Under the pieces are notes generated by a model, which was not told where the DNA came from, made no database searches, and was given only the letters and a program-made list of their open reading frames with translations. DNA of 64,000 bases from Eledone cirrhosa (Eukaryota). Below, piece by piece: positions 51,181-63,449 of this stretch (the first letter of the stretch is position 1; the number at the start of each line of letters is the position of its first letter). The position numbers were made by a program, and so were the translations under genes. The stretch is taken from NCBI GenBank assembly GCA_964016885.1, contig OZ024740.1, forward strand, positions 305,226,001 through 305,290,000, given 5' to 3'.

Positions 51181-52244
51181 ATGTATGATTGGATCATCTT
51201 GTCAGATGATGGCTGTCTCAACATCACTTTAATCATTCCTGTAAGTCTACACACCACTCCCATGTTAAAACCTCTTTGGCAATGTAGTACTTGATTTATT
51301 GGATCAGGATATGAATTTCATGGTGAACTTTTGTATGATGTTTTGATCCAGAGATTACATATATTACATGATAGTCACATCTGGAGGTGCAGGATATTTG
51401 TAACATAATCTGCCTGTCATTGGTTGTTCATGCATTTTCATATGGTTTATAAAATTAGCTTTAGAGAGAGGGACATGGTGACAGAAATTGAAATTCCACC
51501 GATCAACATTTTCAATCCTTCGTAACTTACCCATTATATTAACCCTGCTTTTGCCTTTTGTATTTCATCCAATAGTTGACACCCTGATTTAATTCTCCTT
51601 CTCCATGTATTATGATCAAGAGCTGCTTTTTCTCATAGATTTATATCTAAATCCTAACTTTTTACATTTTCCTTAATACAATCTTTGTACCTTTTCTTTG
51701 TACCTATACTGTGTTCTTTTTGTCCTTGTGCAAGCTCACCACAAAAACTTCCTTTGGATGCCTTGCATCATACAGACAAGATGCCCTATGTAGCATATCT
51801 AACTCTTAATGACAAGAGAAGTGATTGTAGAGCACCCTAATCTTTGTAAAACTTCTGTATGAATGTGTGTATGAATGCAGTATAGCTGAAGGTCTAAGAA
51901 GTTCACATTACAAACATAAGGTCCGAGGTTCAATTCCATATTGTGATATGTTGGACAAGTATCATTTACCAATACCCGTGGCTCAAAATAAACATTTTCA
52001 GTGTGAAGATACCTAACAGATGAACTGAACGTACCTGTAATTTAAAGATGTAGCTTTATCAGACACTGGGTCATGCTAATTTTGCATTAAGGATGCACAT
52101 GTCTGTTCCTTTAAGGATACACATGTCTGTGGAATATTCAGCCACTTACACTATAATTCAATAAATAGATACTTCAGTTCATCAAACTGACAGATCCATT
52201 TCCTTAAATATATATGGCTGACTGAATATGGACATGTCGTATTT

Positions 52245-52420
52245 TTTCTTATTTTTTCCTGTCCCTTCCTCTTCTCACTCTTTATCTTTCTATTTTATCT
52301 TCTATTTCTAACTCTATCTTCTGATGAAGAGCAAGTGTCCGACACATTAAGATTCTTTTCCTGCTATTTCAAGCATTAAACTAATATATTTCTTCACTGC
52401 ACTGTGTCTTTGACTTTTTA
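52245..52420 (+). mobile_element. Hammerhead-bearing repeat, degenerate core
   Basis: atcttCTGATGAagagcaagtgtccGACACATTaagat; same family as 47120-47300. Confidence 0.65.
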
Positions 52421-52449
52421 CATACATATATAAAAGTAAACATATACAC

Positions 52450-52612
<163 letters not shown>

Positions 52613-53548
52613 ATCTACTACCCAGTTTAGACAAATATAAAAATTGTTTACACACTAAATTTAACATCGGCATAAAAAAAAAGGGTTGAGAGGACCCTCC
52701 AGTTATACCACAATAACCCCACTAGTGTGGGTGCCACAACAAAACGCAGCCAGTACATTCTGTAAAGTGGTTAGTGTTAGGAAGGACATTCAGCCATAGA
52801 AAACCTGCCAAATATAGGGTAAAAAAGACTCTTCAGTTATGTCAAGCACACAACAACGTCCCTAGTGCTGGTGCCAGGATAAAATACACACAGTACATCC
52901 TGTAAAGTGTAGGAACTAACATAAGCAACAAGCAGCCCTCAGCCCATGTCATTGAGTGCTGACTTAGTTGGTGACAACCCATACAACCTATGCTAGCATG
53001 GAAAAGGGTGTTAAATGATGATGATAGTGATATATATGATGGTTACTGCAATGGTTCCATTTACGAAATTCACTCACATGGCATAGGCTCGTCTGAGGTT
53101 ATAGTAGAAGGCATTTGCTCAGGGTGCTAACCTATGGGATTGTACTTTAGAAACCACATGGTTACAAAACAATTAACTTAACCACACTTATAAGGAAATG
53201 TAATGACAAAAACAATGAATCTAAGAAACAATAGGAAAGTAAAGTAGACTTTTCTCTCAGTATACGGCTAAGTTTGAATGGTTTTTAACGGAAATACTTT
53301 GTCATAAACAGATCTTTAATGTGGTTTGTAGAATTAGATAATGAGATTGTATTTCACCATTACTGATAAACATACCAATATTAATTGACACACATGAATA
53401 AACATGCACATATACATACGCACTAACATACACACACACACACATACACCCATTACTACATGAACATGTATTGTGTGTGTGTATATGTGTATACATTTTA
53501 TATATTGTTATGAGTATGTGTGTGTGTGTATAAATATATATATATATA

Positions 53549-53587
<39 letters not shown>

Positions 53588-53591
<4 letters not shown>

Positions 53592-53780
53592 GTAAAAACC
53601 TCCCAGCCCCACACTGTAAATGTGGTTGGTGTTAGGAAGGGCATCCAACTGTAGAAAACCCGCCAGACAGTCCTATGCGAGCAAGACAACCACTCTTGCC
53701 TCAAGTGGGAAAACTCCCGTCCAAACCCATGCAAGCATGGAACACGGACGTTAAACGATGATGATGATGATGATAATGAT
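53588..53780 (+). mobile_element. Very short RTE 3'-end insertion in (TA)n
   Basis: Nearly identical to 35445-35638. Confidence 0.92.
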
Positions 53781-54120
53781 ATATATATAATTCAAGAAAT
53801 AAGAGTAACATGGTTGGCTGTACAATAAGGGCTTTATTCACAGCGCTGACAATTGTTTCGTTGATCTGGTCGGTCTAGAGCTCACTAATCACTTGGTGTT
53901 GCGTCAATCGATCTCCAATACTTTGTTTACAACCAGTCAATACATCAGAGTACGTGGATATCGCTGCATCACTATGGAAGCGTCTTGTTGAGTCAAACTT
54001 AGCCATATGTTAAAACCATCCACAACACGGAGTACTCTAACTGGACTACCTCTAAGTGGATTACCTACAACGATAACTTGTTATTCCGTATATATATATA
54101 TATATATATATACACAGTGA

Positions 54121-54160
<40 letters not shown>

Positions 54161-54164
54161 TGAA

Positions 54165-54550
54165 ACATAGGCAGTGACTGCAGAGAACATGCATAGGCTG
54201 AAGAAAAATGAAGCAACCACGCTCCATTGGATGTGCAATGTAAATGTGAGAGAAAGGCAATTTTTGGATCACTGAGGTTTAAGAGGAATCTGAGGCGGTA
54301 TGCAAGAGTAATGACTGCATTGGTACGGACATGTGGTGCACATGGATGATGGTCACTGGGTTAAGAAGTGCCAGGAAATCCCAGTGGAAGGAATCCACAG
54401 TAGAGGTAGACTAAGGAAGACCTGGGCGGAGGTGGTGAAAGCTGATCTCAAATCACTGAAACTCACAGAGGAGATGATGAAGGAACATGGTGATTGGAGA
54501 GATGCTGTACTGAAAAGGACCCATCCAACCCATGTCAGCTTGGAAAACAG
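54165..54550 (+). mobile_element. RTE LINE C-terminal fragment, decayed
   Basis: WYGHVVHMDDGHWVKKC...GRLRKTWAEVVKADL. Confidence 0.85.
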
Positions 54551-54599
54551 ACTATGTTTCACTACCATGCAGCAACTATTTCTGATAGTCCTGCAGCAT

Positions 54600-56080
54600 T
54601 CTTCATCTCTTTGAACCTATAACTATCAACTTCAATGGCTGGTCCTTCTGTTGGGTAAGTTGGGGGTGGTTTCTCCTCCTCCCATTCATTCTCTACATTC
54701 ACCAGTCTCTCATAGTAACATTTCTAGGCCTCTTTCTTTTGGGCATCAGTGATGCTAAATGCACCAGTATCATTTCTAACACTTTTCTCTAACAACATCT
54801 CGATTTACACTGACACACTGCCTTGCAATGCAGAACACTTCATGTCTCTGATCTTCATATTGCCAACAAACTTTCTTTCTTCAGCCTCTCTCCGAGCTGT
54901 GTATACATGTCACCTAGCTTCTTTCTTAGCTACCTGGTACCAGTCTCTGCTACCCCCATTTTCCAGTCTTTCCATGTCTGTCTCTTGGTTTTAATGGCTC
55001 TGTCCACTGTGCTGTTTCACAACCAGGTTACCCTCTGTCTGGCTGGCACTTTACTCCAGCCACGTGTTTCATCAGTAGTTTACAAAAGGTTGCCACACAA
55101 GAATTTCCAGTTGTCCTCTATGTTATATGTATCTAGCTTGTCACCAATCTCATCAAATGCTTCACATAGCGCCTTTCTAAACGTATATTTAACTGAAAAG
55201 TTCTTTAGCTTGCAAACCCTCCCTCTTCATATTTTCCTGTGTATCTTGTTCTGTCTTGGGCTTATTCTGATCTCACTAACAACTAACTTGGGTTGAGTGG
55301 CACATTCTTGCCTGAGGAAAGCTTTAGTATTTATTACAGTCCATTTATCTCATTATAAGTAAGAGAGCAATTTGGCTTGTGTGTTTGCTTGATTGGTATG
55401 TGATCAGATGGCTAGCTGATTACCTGATATTTATGTTGTAAATGGTTAGTTTATTTGCATCACAGAATTCCAGGAGCCTCACTCCCACTTCATTTCTTGA
55501 GTCATAACCATAGCCACCATAAACTCTACTGAAACCACCCTAGCACTGTCCAACATGTCCATTGATGTCGCCTGCCAAGATGATGATGTCTCTTTCATCA
55601 GTAACTAAAGTTGTCTGTAAAAGTTCCTCATAGAACCTGTGGTGCATAGGTAGATGTAATTGACACCATTCTATTTCCTACAGCTATTCTAAGCTTGAAA
55701 ATTCTGTCACTTATCCTAACTATCTCTATTACCTAATCTATCCATTTCTCAGCTAGTAGTATGCCTACACCATTTCCTACCCTATCAGGTTTGTATCTAT
55801 GCTGTCGGCCTGTGAGTAGTCTCACTGAGGCACACCTCCATCTCACCTCTTGTACACAGTATACAACTAATTCTCTTCTCTCTATCAGCTCCACAATTTC
55901 ACTTGATTTATCTTTCAAGGTGCCAACATTGAGAACAGTAGTCCTGAGATTTGTATCTTGACAGTGGTTAGTTCCTTGGGTAGAAATTCTTTGTACTTGA
56001 AATGGGAAATGGCTGTGCGATTGCTTGATAACAGTTGAAGGGTTCTTGCACATGGCTACTTAGCCATCCCACTACCATGC
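54600..56080 (-). mobile_element. RTE LINE 5' part (APE endonuclease and linker), decayed
   Basis: LNVGTLKDKSSEIVE...CVQEVRW, NGVGILLAEKWID and ILAGDINGHVG. Confidence 0.85.
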
Positions 56081-56454
56081 TTTTGTTTCAGGGGTAGCTG
56101 AGAGAAAACAATCAACAATTGCTTCAGAGTTTTTGCTCCTTATCGAGACTGTGTATTCTCATCACTGCTACCCACTAGTTTTCTCAAATGTATACATCGA
56201 CTGATTAGCCTAATTTGAATACCAAGCGATTTTATGGCCTGCTTTGCCAAGACAAGAAGGAAGAAAATGACTAATCCAATTAGAACTGTCATATAAAATA
56301 GCTATGAACATGCCTAAAGAGCACCTATGACTAGATGATGGTATTAGTAAGATAACACTAAAACCAAAAGAAACTCCATGCTGTACTCAAAGAAGCAGGA
56401 AAGTACAGGAAGAAACTAAGAATTGATGACACAAGCCTAAATAATGAAGCTAAC

Positions 56455-56950
56455 CTAATTCCAACTGCGGCGATCTACTCCTCATGCAGTCACTCATTGC
56501 CTCCCGATTTTCAACGGCTGTTATCGGCCTTTCACAGCACTCCACCTCCATTGTCAAGGGCTGCAGCAGAACATTGAGGAAGGGACCAAAGTTCATTCCA
56601 TGATTCGGCCCACCATTGCTCCCGAACAGTTAAACAAAGTGCTGCTGAAAGGCTGCACACATCTGCTCGCTATCAATTAACATGTGCTCATCATGGTGCA
56701 CCAAAGACTGGATCATCTCTTTGTTGCCATGCTGCACCTCTGCCACCTGGGCCCATTGAATGGCTTTCATCCCCTCGTGTTTTAGTGCATGCGCCTTAGC
56801 TCTGACAATGCAGACTTCATGCTGAGTGTGGAAGAATTGGTCAAGGGCTAATCTCACCACTTGCATGTCGGTTGCGATGCCTATACTAAGCTCCTCATCT
56901 AGCTTTCAAGCTTGTCTATTCTTTTCTATCACTACAACCTTGCTAAACCT
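56455..56950 (-). mobile_element. L1/Tx1-like ORF2 linker fragment
   Basis: CIVRAKAHAL...MIQSL...EQMCAAFQQHF, which resembles the Tx1 region upstream of the RT. Confidence 0.55.
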
Positions 56951-56954
56951 TGAT

Positions 56955-57358
56955 GATAATAATAATGGTTTCTGATTTAGATACAAAGCCAGTATGACTG
57001 GTACTTTATTTTATTGAACCTGTAATGATGAAAGGCAAAGTTAACCTCGGCAGGATTTGAACTGAGAACGTAAAGGGCCATAACTCAATGCTGAACAGTA
57101 TGGTGACCAACACTCTACCAATACTGCCAATCCACCACCCTTAATAATAATTGTTTCTACGTTTGGCACAAGGCCAGCAACTACCCAGTGCATTACTGGT
57201 ACTTTATTTTATCAACCCTGTAAGGATGACAGGCAAAGTTATCCTCGGCGGAATTTGAACTCAGAATGGCAAGGACCGTAATTCTATACATCAAAGCATG
57301 GCGTCCGACCCTCTACCAATACTGCCAATCCACCGCCCTTAATAATAATAATAATAAA
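56955..57358 (-). mobile_element. Two tandem tRNA-derived SINEs with (ATT)n tails
   Basis: Each has ggtactttatttt...aaggcaaagtta.cctcggc.g.atttgaact (B box gagttcaaat on the minus strand). Confidence 0.85.
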
Positions 57359-57407
57359 CAAACCTTTAACCACCCCAGGCCCCAGGTTGAGGCTCAGTGG
57401 GATGTTG

Positions 57408-57595
57408 CATCAGATCAGACCAGACTGGAACAGATTGGATCAGACCAGACCAGATCAAATCAGATTGGATCAGACCAAATTGGATCAGATCAGAATGGGT
57501 CGGATAGGTTTGGAACAGAGCAGATCAGATCAGACTGGATCAGATCAGACCAGACCAGACCAGATTGGATTTGCTTGGATCAGACTGGATTGGAG
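57408..57595. repeat. Pentameric satellite (GATCA/GACCA/GATTG)n
   Basis: Seen directly; roughly 35 degenerate units. Confidence 0.9.
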
Positions 57596-57689
57596 TGAAT
57601 CAGCTAATATCTGCATGCACCACCTTAGTGCCATATGAATACAAAAACAGACACAGCAGAGTGGGGCAGTACATCCATTAGAAAATATG

Positions 57690-58110
57690 TAAATTCTATG
57701 GAAAAGAAACAACAAAACCTGGTATCAACATCATCTAGATCCAGTAATTGAAATTGGTAATGTAATAATACTGTGGGATTTTACAATACACACTGACAGA
57801 TCAATCAAAGCCAATAGACCAGATATTGTAATAAAAGATAAAACAACATGTCTATCTGCTGATTGTAATGTGTCTTTCAAGATATTTGAAAAGATCTCAA
57901 AGTACAAGAATCTTGAAATAGAGATTGAAAAAGATGTGCGGTATGAAGGCTACAACTATTCCAGTTGTAGCCGGAGCACTAGGCCTGATAAACAAGAGAG
58001 CTGATAAACTCTTGGATCACATGCCAGGTAAACTTTGTATAAAAGAAGTTTGAAAAGATTATACTTACTAGTACTTCCCACATTTTGCGAAAAGCATTAT
58101 CAATGTAATG
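57690..58110 (+). mobile_element. RLE-type (R4/Dong-like) non-LTR retrotransposon C-terminal fragment
   Basis: ILWDFTIHTDRSIKANRPDIVIKDK...EKISKYKNLEIEIEK...TIPVVAGALGLI (restriction-like endonuclease). Confidence 0.85.
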
Positions 58111-58571
58111 TTGGAAAAAGAAAGTACTTTATCCATTATATATTTTGCAACAATCAGTTATCTATGGAGCTGAAAAATGTGTCATAACAACTGCATGTGG
58201 TGGTTGAAGTGCTGTATGTGTCTCTTTAACTCTGTGGGATTGCATATGTAGGAGACGTTTCTCATCACCTCTACCAGGTCTGCTATCAAGTTATTGAACT
58301 TAGCACTATAGGTGAAGGTGCATGCGCACACACAAAACACAAAAATAAAGACAAGATGTAGTAAGAGATTAAAACCAGAGAGACAAGGAGGCACAAAAGA
58401 GAACAAATAGTCATTATGGAGGTCATAAAATGTGTGACAAAAGAACTTTGACAAACTAACCAATAACTAGTAATAAAAATAAAGTAAAAAAGTGAAAATC
58501 ATATTGTGTGTGTGTTTATTAGCAATACTGGTAACATGACCATCCCCAAATATAACACACATATATATATA

Positions 58572-59464
58572 CAGTAAAATTCCTTTATAACGAATACCAT
58601 TATAACAAATCTTTCAGTATAACAAAAAATTTTTCAATCCCAGGCCACATGCTCAATGTGTTAGAGCAAAGGTTCTCAACGGGGGGCATATGTAACCCCC
58701 CCCCCCCCCCGGGGGGGTTCGGAACTCCAGGGGGGCGTTTGGGAGCAAGGTCGCGTTAGGGGGGCGTTTGGAGCTGGAGAGGGGGGGGGGGGGGGGGGCT
58801 CTTTATTTTGGTAAGTTTTATAAGCCATATTTGTATGTCTTTGAGACAGCCAGTGTGAATGCATTTGAATGAGCTTGCAGACAGCATAACTATAGTCTGA
58901 CTGCAGCTGTGAGCAGGTGTGCAGGCATGTCCGGTAATTGAGACGTTAACCGGTAAGTGAGATCCTAAAAATGAAAAAACCCACAGTCAACTGGGTCAAA
59001 GACACTTTGAGTGCAGCCAGTTAGAATCTTATCTTTCCTTCACCGATAACAATGTATTTCATGTCTGAAATTAGTGACTCAACCGCAACGAGTTAACACT
59101 ATGTAGATCTATTTTATTCCCTATTGTATAAATAATATTACAAATAAAAAAAAAAAGAAAAGAAAAAACAGAAGCGGGTAGCACAAACATCTGGGACCAC
59201 ATACAACACATAATCAGATAATACACACATCTTTGGAATATTGTTAATCAATTTTTTAGTAATCTACTGATATAAAAATCAGTAGTATATTGAAAAATGG
59301 AAAAATGGGGGGGGGGGGGGGGCGTTTCGTTATTTCGAGGGACAAAAGGGGGCGTTTGGTCTAAATGGGTTGAGAACCTGTTATCAAACTTGTTATAAAG
59401 AATTTTTCAATACAACGACTTGTTTTTTATACCCTGTGAATTTCGTTATAACAGAATTTCACTG
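58572..59464. mobile_element. Tigger/pogo-type MITE with a nested hAT-like MITE (58667-59380)
   Basis: Outer TIRs cagtaaaattcctttataacgaa / ttcgttataacagaatttcactg. Inner TIRs aggttctcaac / gttgagaacct with G-rich subtermini. Confidence 0.8.
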
Positions 59465-59471
59465 TGTATCA

Positions 59472-60098
59472 TCTATATATATAAAGCTGTGGTTGTCTGT
59501 CTGTCTATCGATTTTTGGCACACATCTCCTCTTAGAATCTCTGACGGAATTGCACCGAAATTGCTATACTTGTACATTGAGCCCTAGCGAAGACATCGGA
59601 AAAAAAATATTTCAAATTTACCTACCCTATGTGACGAAATCGAATATAATGTATCGATTTTTGAGCGTAAGTGACGAGTTATTTCCCTTTGTTCTGTTTA
59701 CATTGAGCGTCTTACTGCGTGCAAAAATTAAAAAAATTACGCTGGCTTTCTCAGCGTTTAAAATGACATTAACACAATACACGAACAGTTGTCGAGCCAG
59801 TAATATTTTGACCTGCAAAATTCATCAGTTCGAACACTAAGCTTCCGTTTTGCTTCATTTCCATTTAAAAGCCTTTTAAAACAATATTTTTACTTGAAAA
59901 CAAGTCTATTTAAAGACTACGTAAAACAAGCAAATATTTCGTTAAAAAAAGCAAAAATTATATAAGTTTATTTAAAATATATGTATCTGTAAATTTCGTT
60001 AGGCGTGCAGACAGACTTTAAGCCAAAAAAGAAACTTAACATTGTAACTTTAACACAGCTACTGAGCGACCCCGATCAACGCCGGGCTTTACTGCTAG
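59472..60098 (+). mobile_element. Non-autonomous Helitron
   Basis: A|TCtatatatataaag...(tgtc)n; 3' hairpin cccgatcaacgccggg then CTAG|T. A probable second 5' end starts at ~60101. Confidence 0.85.
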
Positions 60099-61112
60099 TT
60101 ATCTATAAAAGGCAGATTGTTGTTGAGTGTGTGTGTGTGTGTGTGCATGTTCCATGTTTATACATTTGCACAATTTCAAACCGATTCGACTCAAAGTCTG
60201 TATGAATGTTGTAAATGGTCTAACTTAGGTCAATGACTATTTAATTTTTTCCAACTCACCCACAATTACAGAAATAATCGATAAAACTAAATACATGACG
60301 CTTTACCCCTCTAATACAATCTGATCACCTCTCTCTACTCCCCTTAAAATTCGATAATACTACATACATGCTGCAACTTTCTCTTATATACGCTTAAACC
60401 CCCTCCTTACAAACTTCCTTTAGGAACTCGGAAGAAAGAAGAGAGAAAGAAATGAAGGAGAGAGAGAGAGAGAGAGTGAGAGAATGAGAGAGAGAGAGAG
60501 AAAGAGAACGTTTGTTTTTGAGTGTGGAACGGTCAAACATTTATTTACTTCAATGACAACGAAGAGAACTTATTACATTTCATACCAAACAACAATTATT
60601 CAAAAGCAACAGAGAAATTTATTCAACTACAAAAAAAATAGTGATAAATCTTTTTTAAAACATCTCTCAATGAACGTGGAAAAAAGAAGTATCAGTTTAT
60701 TTACTATACACAATAATATCCTCTATGAGGTAACTAAACCTGCTAGAAACAGCAGCTAACTCTCCTCCATATCACACCCCTCCCTACTGTCTTAAATTTA
60801 GAAAACACACATTAGACAACCATGCAGAACAACTCCATCGCAGCTCTGTTGTTCGGCTGGCATAATCTACGTGCGTATTGCGCAAGTACTGTGAAACAAT
60901 AAATTTCAACACTTCTTTGCACAGAGATAATATCCATAGGCGAAACTACAATTGTCACTGCTGGCGCAGCTCCTGCTTTGGCGGTCCAGGTCTGCAACTC
61001 ATTGACCCAGTGCCTGGCAGACAAAAAAGTGCTGCCATAAAATGGGTGGTGCAACCTAACTTTAGAACTCATTCTCTGACATAATCATCGAATATTGTTT
61101 AACAACTTAATA

Positions 61113-61114
<2 letters not shown>

Positions 61115-61176
<62 letters not shown>
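61115..61176. repeat. (TA)n microsatellite
   Basis: Seen directly. Confidence 0.97.
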
Positions 61177-61178
<2 letters not shown>

Positions 61179-61808
61179 GTATAAAAAACAATACAAAATA
61201 ATTACCTCATTACCAGAGGTTTCCCGAATAAGACGAATACTAAAGAAACATCTTCATTCGTTCGTCGGACGAGGCAATATAAAACATAGATAAATATTTG
61301 GAAAGTCTCCTCAAGAAATGCAAGAAAAATTATATATATATAGATAAAGGTAATACAATAGACATATGAAATATATAAAAAAATATTTTTAAAGAAATAT
61401 AGTTAGGTGTGTGTATATGTATGTATATACACTTACAGATATATATATGTATCTATGTACAAATGTGTGTGTATAGTGAAAATGTGTGCGTAAATATATG
61501 TATGAGGGCAAGTATATCTGTGTATATGTAACGATAGACACAGACATGATATAAGTGTCTGGTTGACAGGTATACAGAAAAAACAGGGTATTAGATACAT
61601 TATAAGAATATGAAGGCACGCGTATAAACACACACGCACGCGCGTACATTTATATGCGGAAGAAAAAGAGGTAAGGGAGTGTATAAATGTACGCATATAA
61701 ATGTACGCACGTGCGTGTGTGTTTATACGCGTGCCTTAATAACAACACAATCGGTACACTATATGGAAGGGAATATTTTAGGTTAACGCTTGATATAGCA
61801 GGAAGAGG

Positions 61809-61846
61809 GTCTTAACGTTTCAGATGCTAGTCCTTCATCAGAAGAA
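61809..61846 (-). ncRNA. Minimal type I hammerhead ribozyme motif
   Basis: Minus strand tctt-CTGATGA-aggactagcatct-GAAAC-GTT-aaga: intact core, stem I tctt/aaga, weak stem II, palindromic AACGTT stem III. Confidence 0.7.
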
Positions 61847-62799
61847 AGAATGAGAAATAAGATAGATTGACGGGATGGATGGGATGGAATTGGTAAAAAT
61901 GTCTTTAGATAAAAATAACAGGTCCATTCATGTTGACATCTCTTGCAAAACTGTTGGTGCTGGCGTTTTTAGAAAAGTAGATGATGGAGCGCGTCTACCT
62001 GAAATGGAAAAAAAAACGTTTTGTAAAAAGAACTATACTTGTGCACGTGCGTAAGCATGTGTTTGTGTGTGTGTGTGTTATACGAAGCTGGGCACACAAG
62101 AAGATGAACATGTTTTGCCTGCAGCATATCACATAAACGTAAATTTATCTGATGACATCACACCTGTACCAGCAACCGATGCAACTACTGCACCTTGACT
62201 GCATACGGGATGCCATAGAAATAATTATAATTTACATTACATATTATTACAATACAGAGTTCATGAAGGAGAGTAATTTTGTTAATGTACATGTATTTAG
62301 ATGTAGAGGAATTTGTCAGCAAGATGTATTACAGAAAGACACCATGAATGTGAATGTAGATATGCAGATTTACTAACCTGGTGGCATGGCTTGGTTGTAG
62401 CAGTGCCAGCTATTATGGCTGTCCACTACAGCCAGAGTCCATTGTCAAATGTCTGAAAGAGGAGAGAACTTGGGCTGAGTGTGTTGGTTTATATGCACCT
62501 AGATATTGTCATAGCTATTTTTGAACCACAGCAAATTTAAACCAGGGATAATTTCATTACATACTGAATGACATACATAAGAGATTGTAAATTAATTGAA
62601 ATTTATCTCCTAATTGGAGAAAGAAAACAAAAACAAGAAGTAATTGTTAATGACTCTAAAATTAAAAAGAAGGTAATTTCATGAAATTAAGAATTAAGAA
62701 AAAATATTAATTTTGTTGATCTGTATTTGTGTTACATGTCCATTTGAAATAGTAATAAGTTTTAAGACTTCACATTATTTCAATATTATAGACAATGTC

Positions 62800-62995
62800 A
62801 TCAGTATGTAGGGTGTTGGACACCATGCATTGCGGCATAGAGTTACGGTCTGAGTTCAAATCCCACCGAGATTAACTTTGCATCCTTACGGAGTCAATAA
62901 AATAAAGCACCAGTAACATACTGGGATTGATTTAATCGACTTTCCCCTCCCCCCAAACTACTGGCCTTGTACCTATACTAGAAATTAGTATTATA
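62800..62995 (+). mobile_element. tRNA-derived SINE
   Basis: B box gagttcaaatcc; the body is shared with 56955-57358. Confidence 0.8.
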
Positions 62996-63287
62996 TGCTG
63001 ACTCTTACCCCTACAAAATAATCTTCCCTAATTAATAAGCACTTTCCTCCAGTATTCTGCAACTTCCAGCAGCAAAATTGGACATTTTCACTTTTATGCA
63101 ATTATGTTTTGATATGATATATTATTGTAAATGGTTGAAATGTCACCCAATTTTCTTTTTACTTTAACCTTCATTCAGATTTTAAGAGAAAAGGAAATAC
63201 TACATTCTGTCAATTGGTATGGATACAAAAGTTTGATATCACATGAAGTTTTCTTTCAAAAATAACTGAAAACAGTCAGAAATGTTA

Positions 63288-63449
63288 TAATTGTTTCTAC
63301 TTTTTGGCACAAGGCCAGCAAATACCCAGTACATTACTGGTACTTTATTTTATCAACCCCGTAAGTTAACCTCGGCAGGATTTGAACTCAGTCCATAAAG
63401 GGAGCATGGCGTCCGACCCTCTACCGATACTGCCAATCCACCGCCCTCC
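63288..63449 (-). mobile_element. tRNA-derived SINE (internally deleted)
   Basis: Homologous to 57145-57340. Confidence 0.8.
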
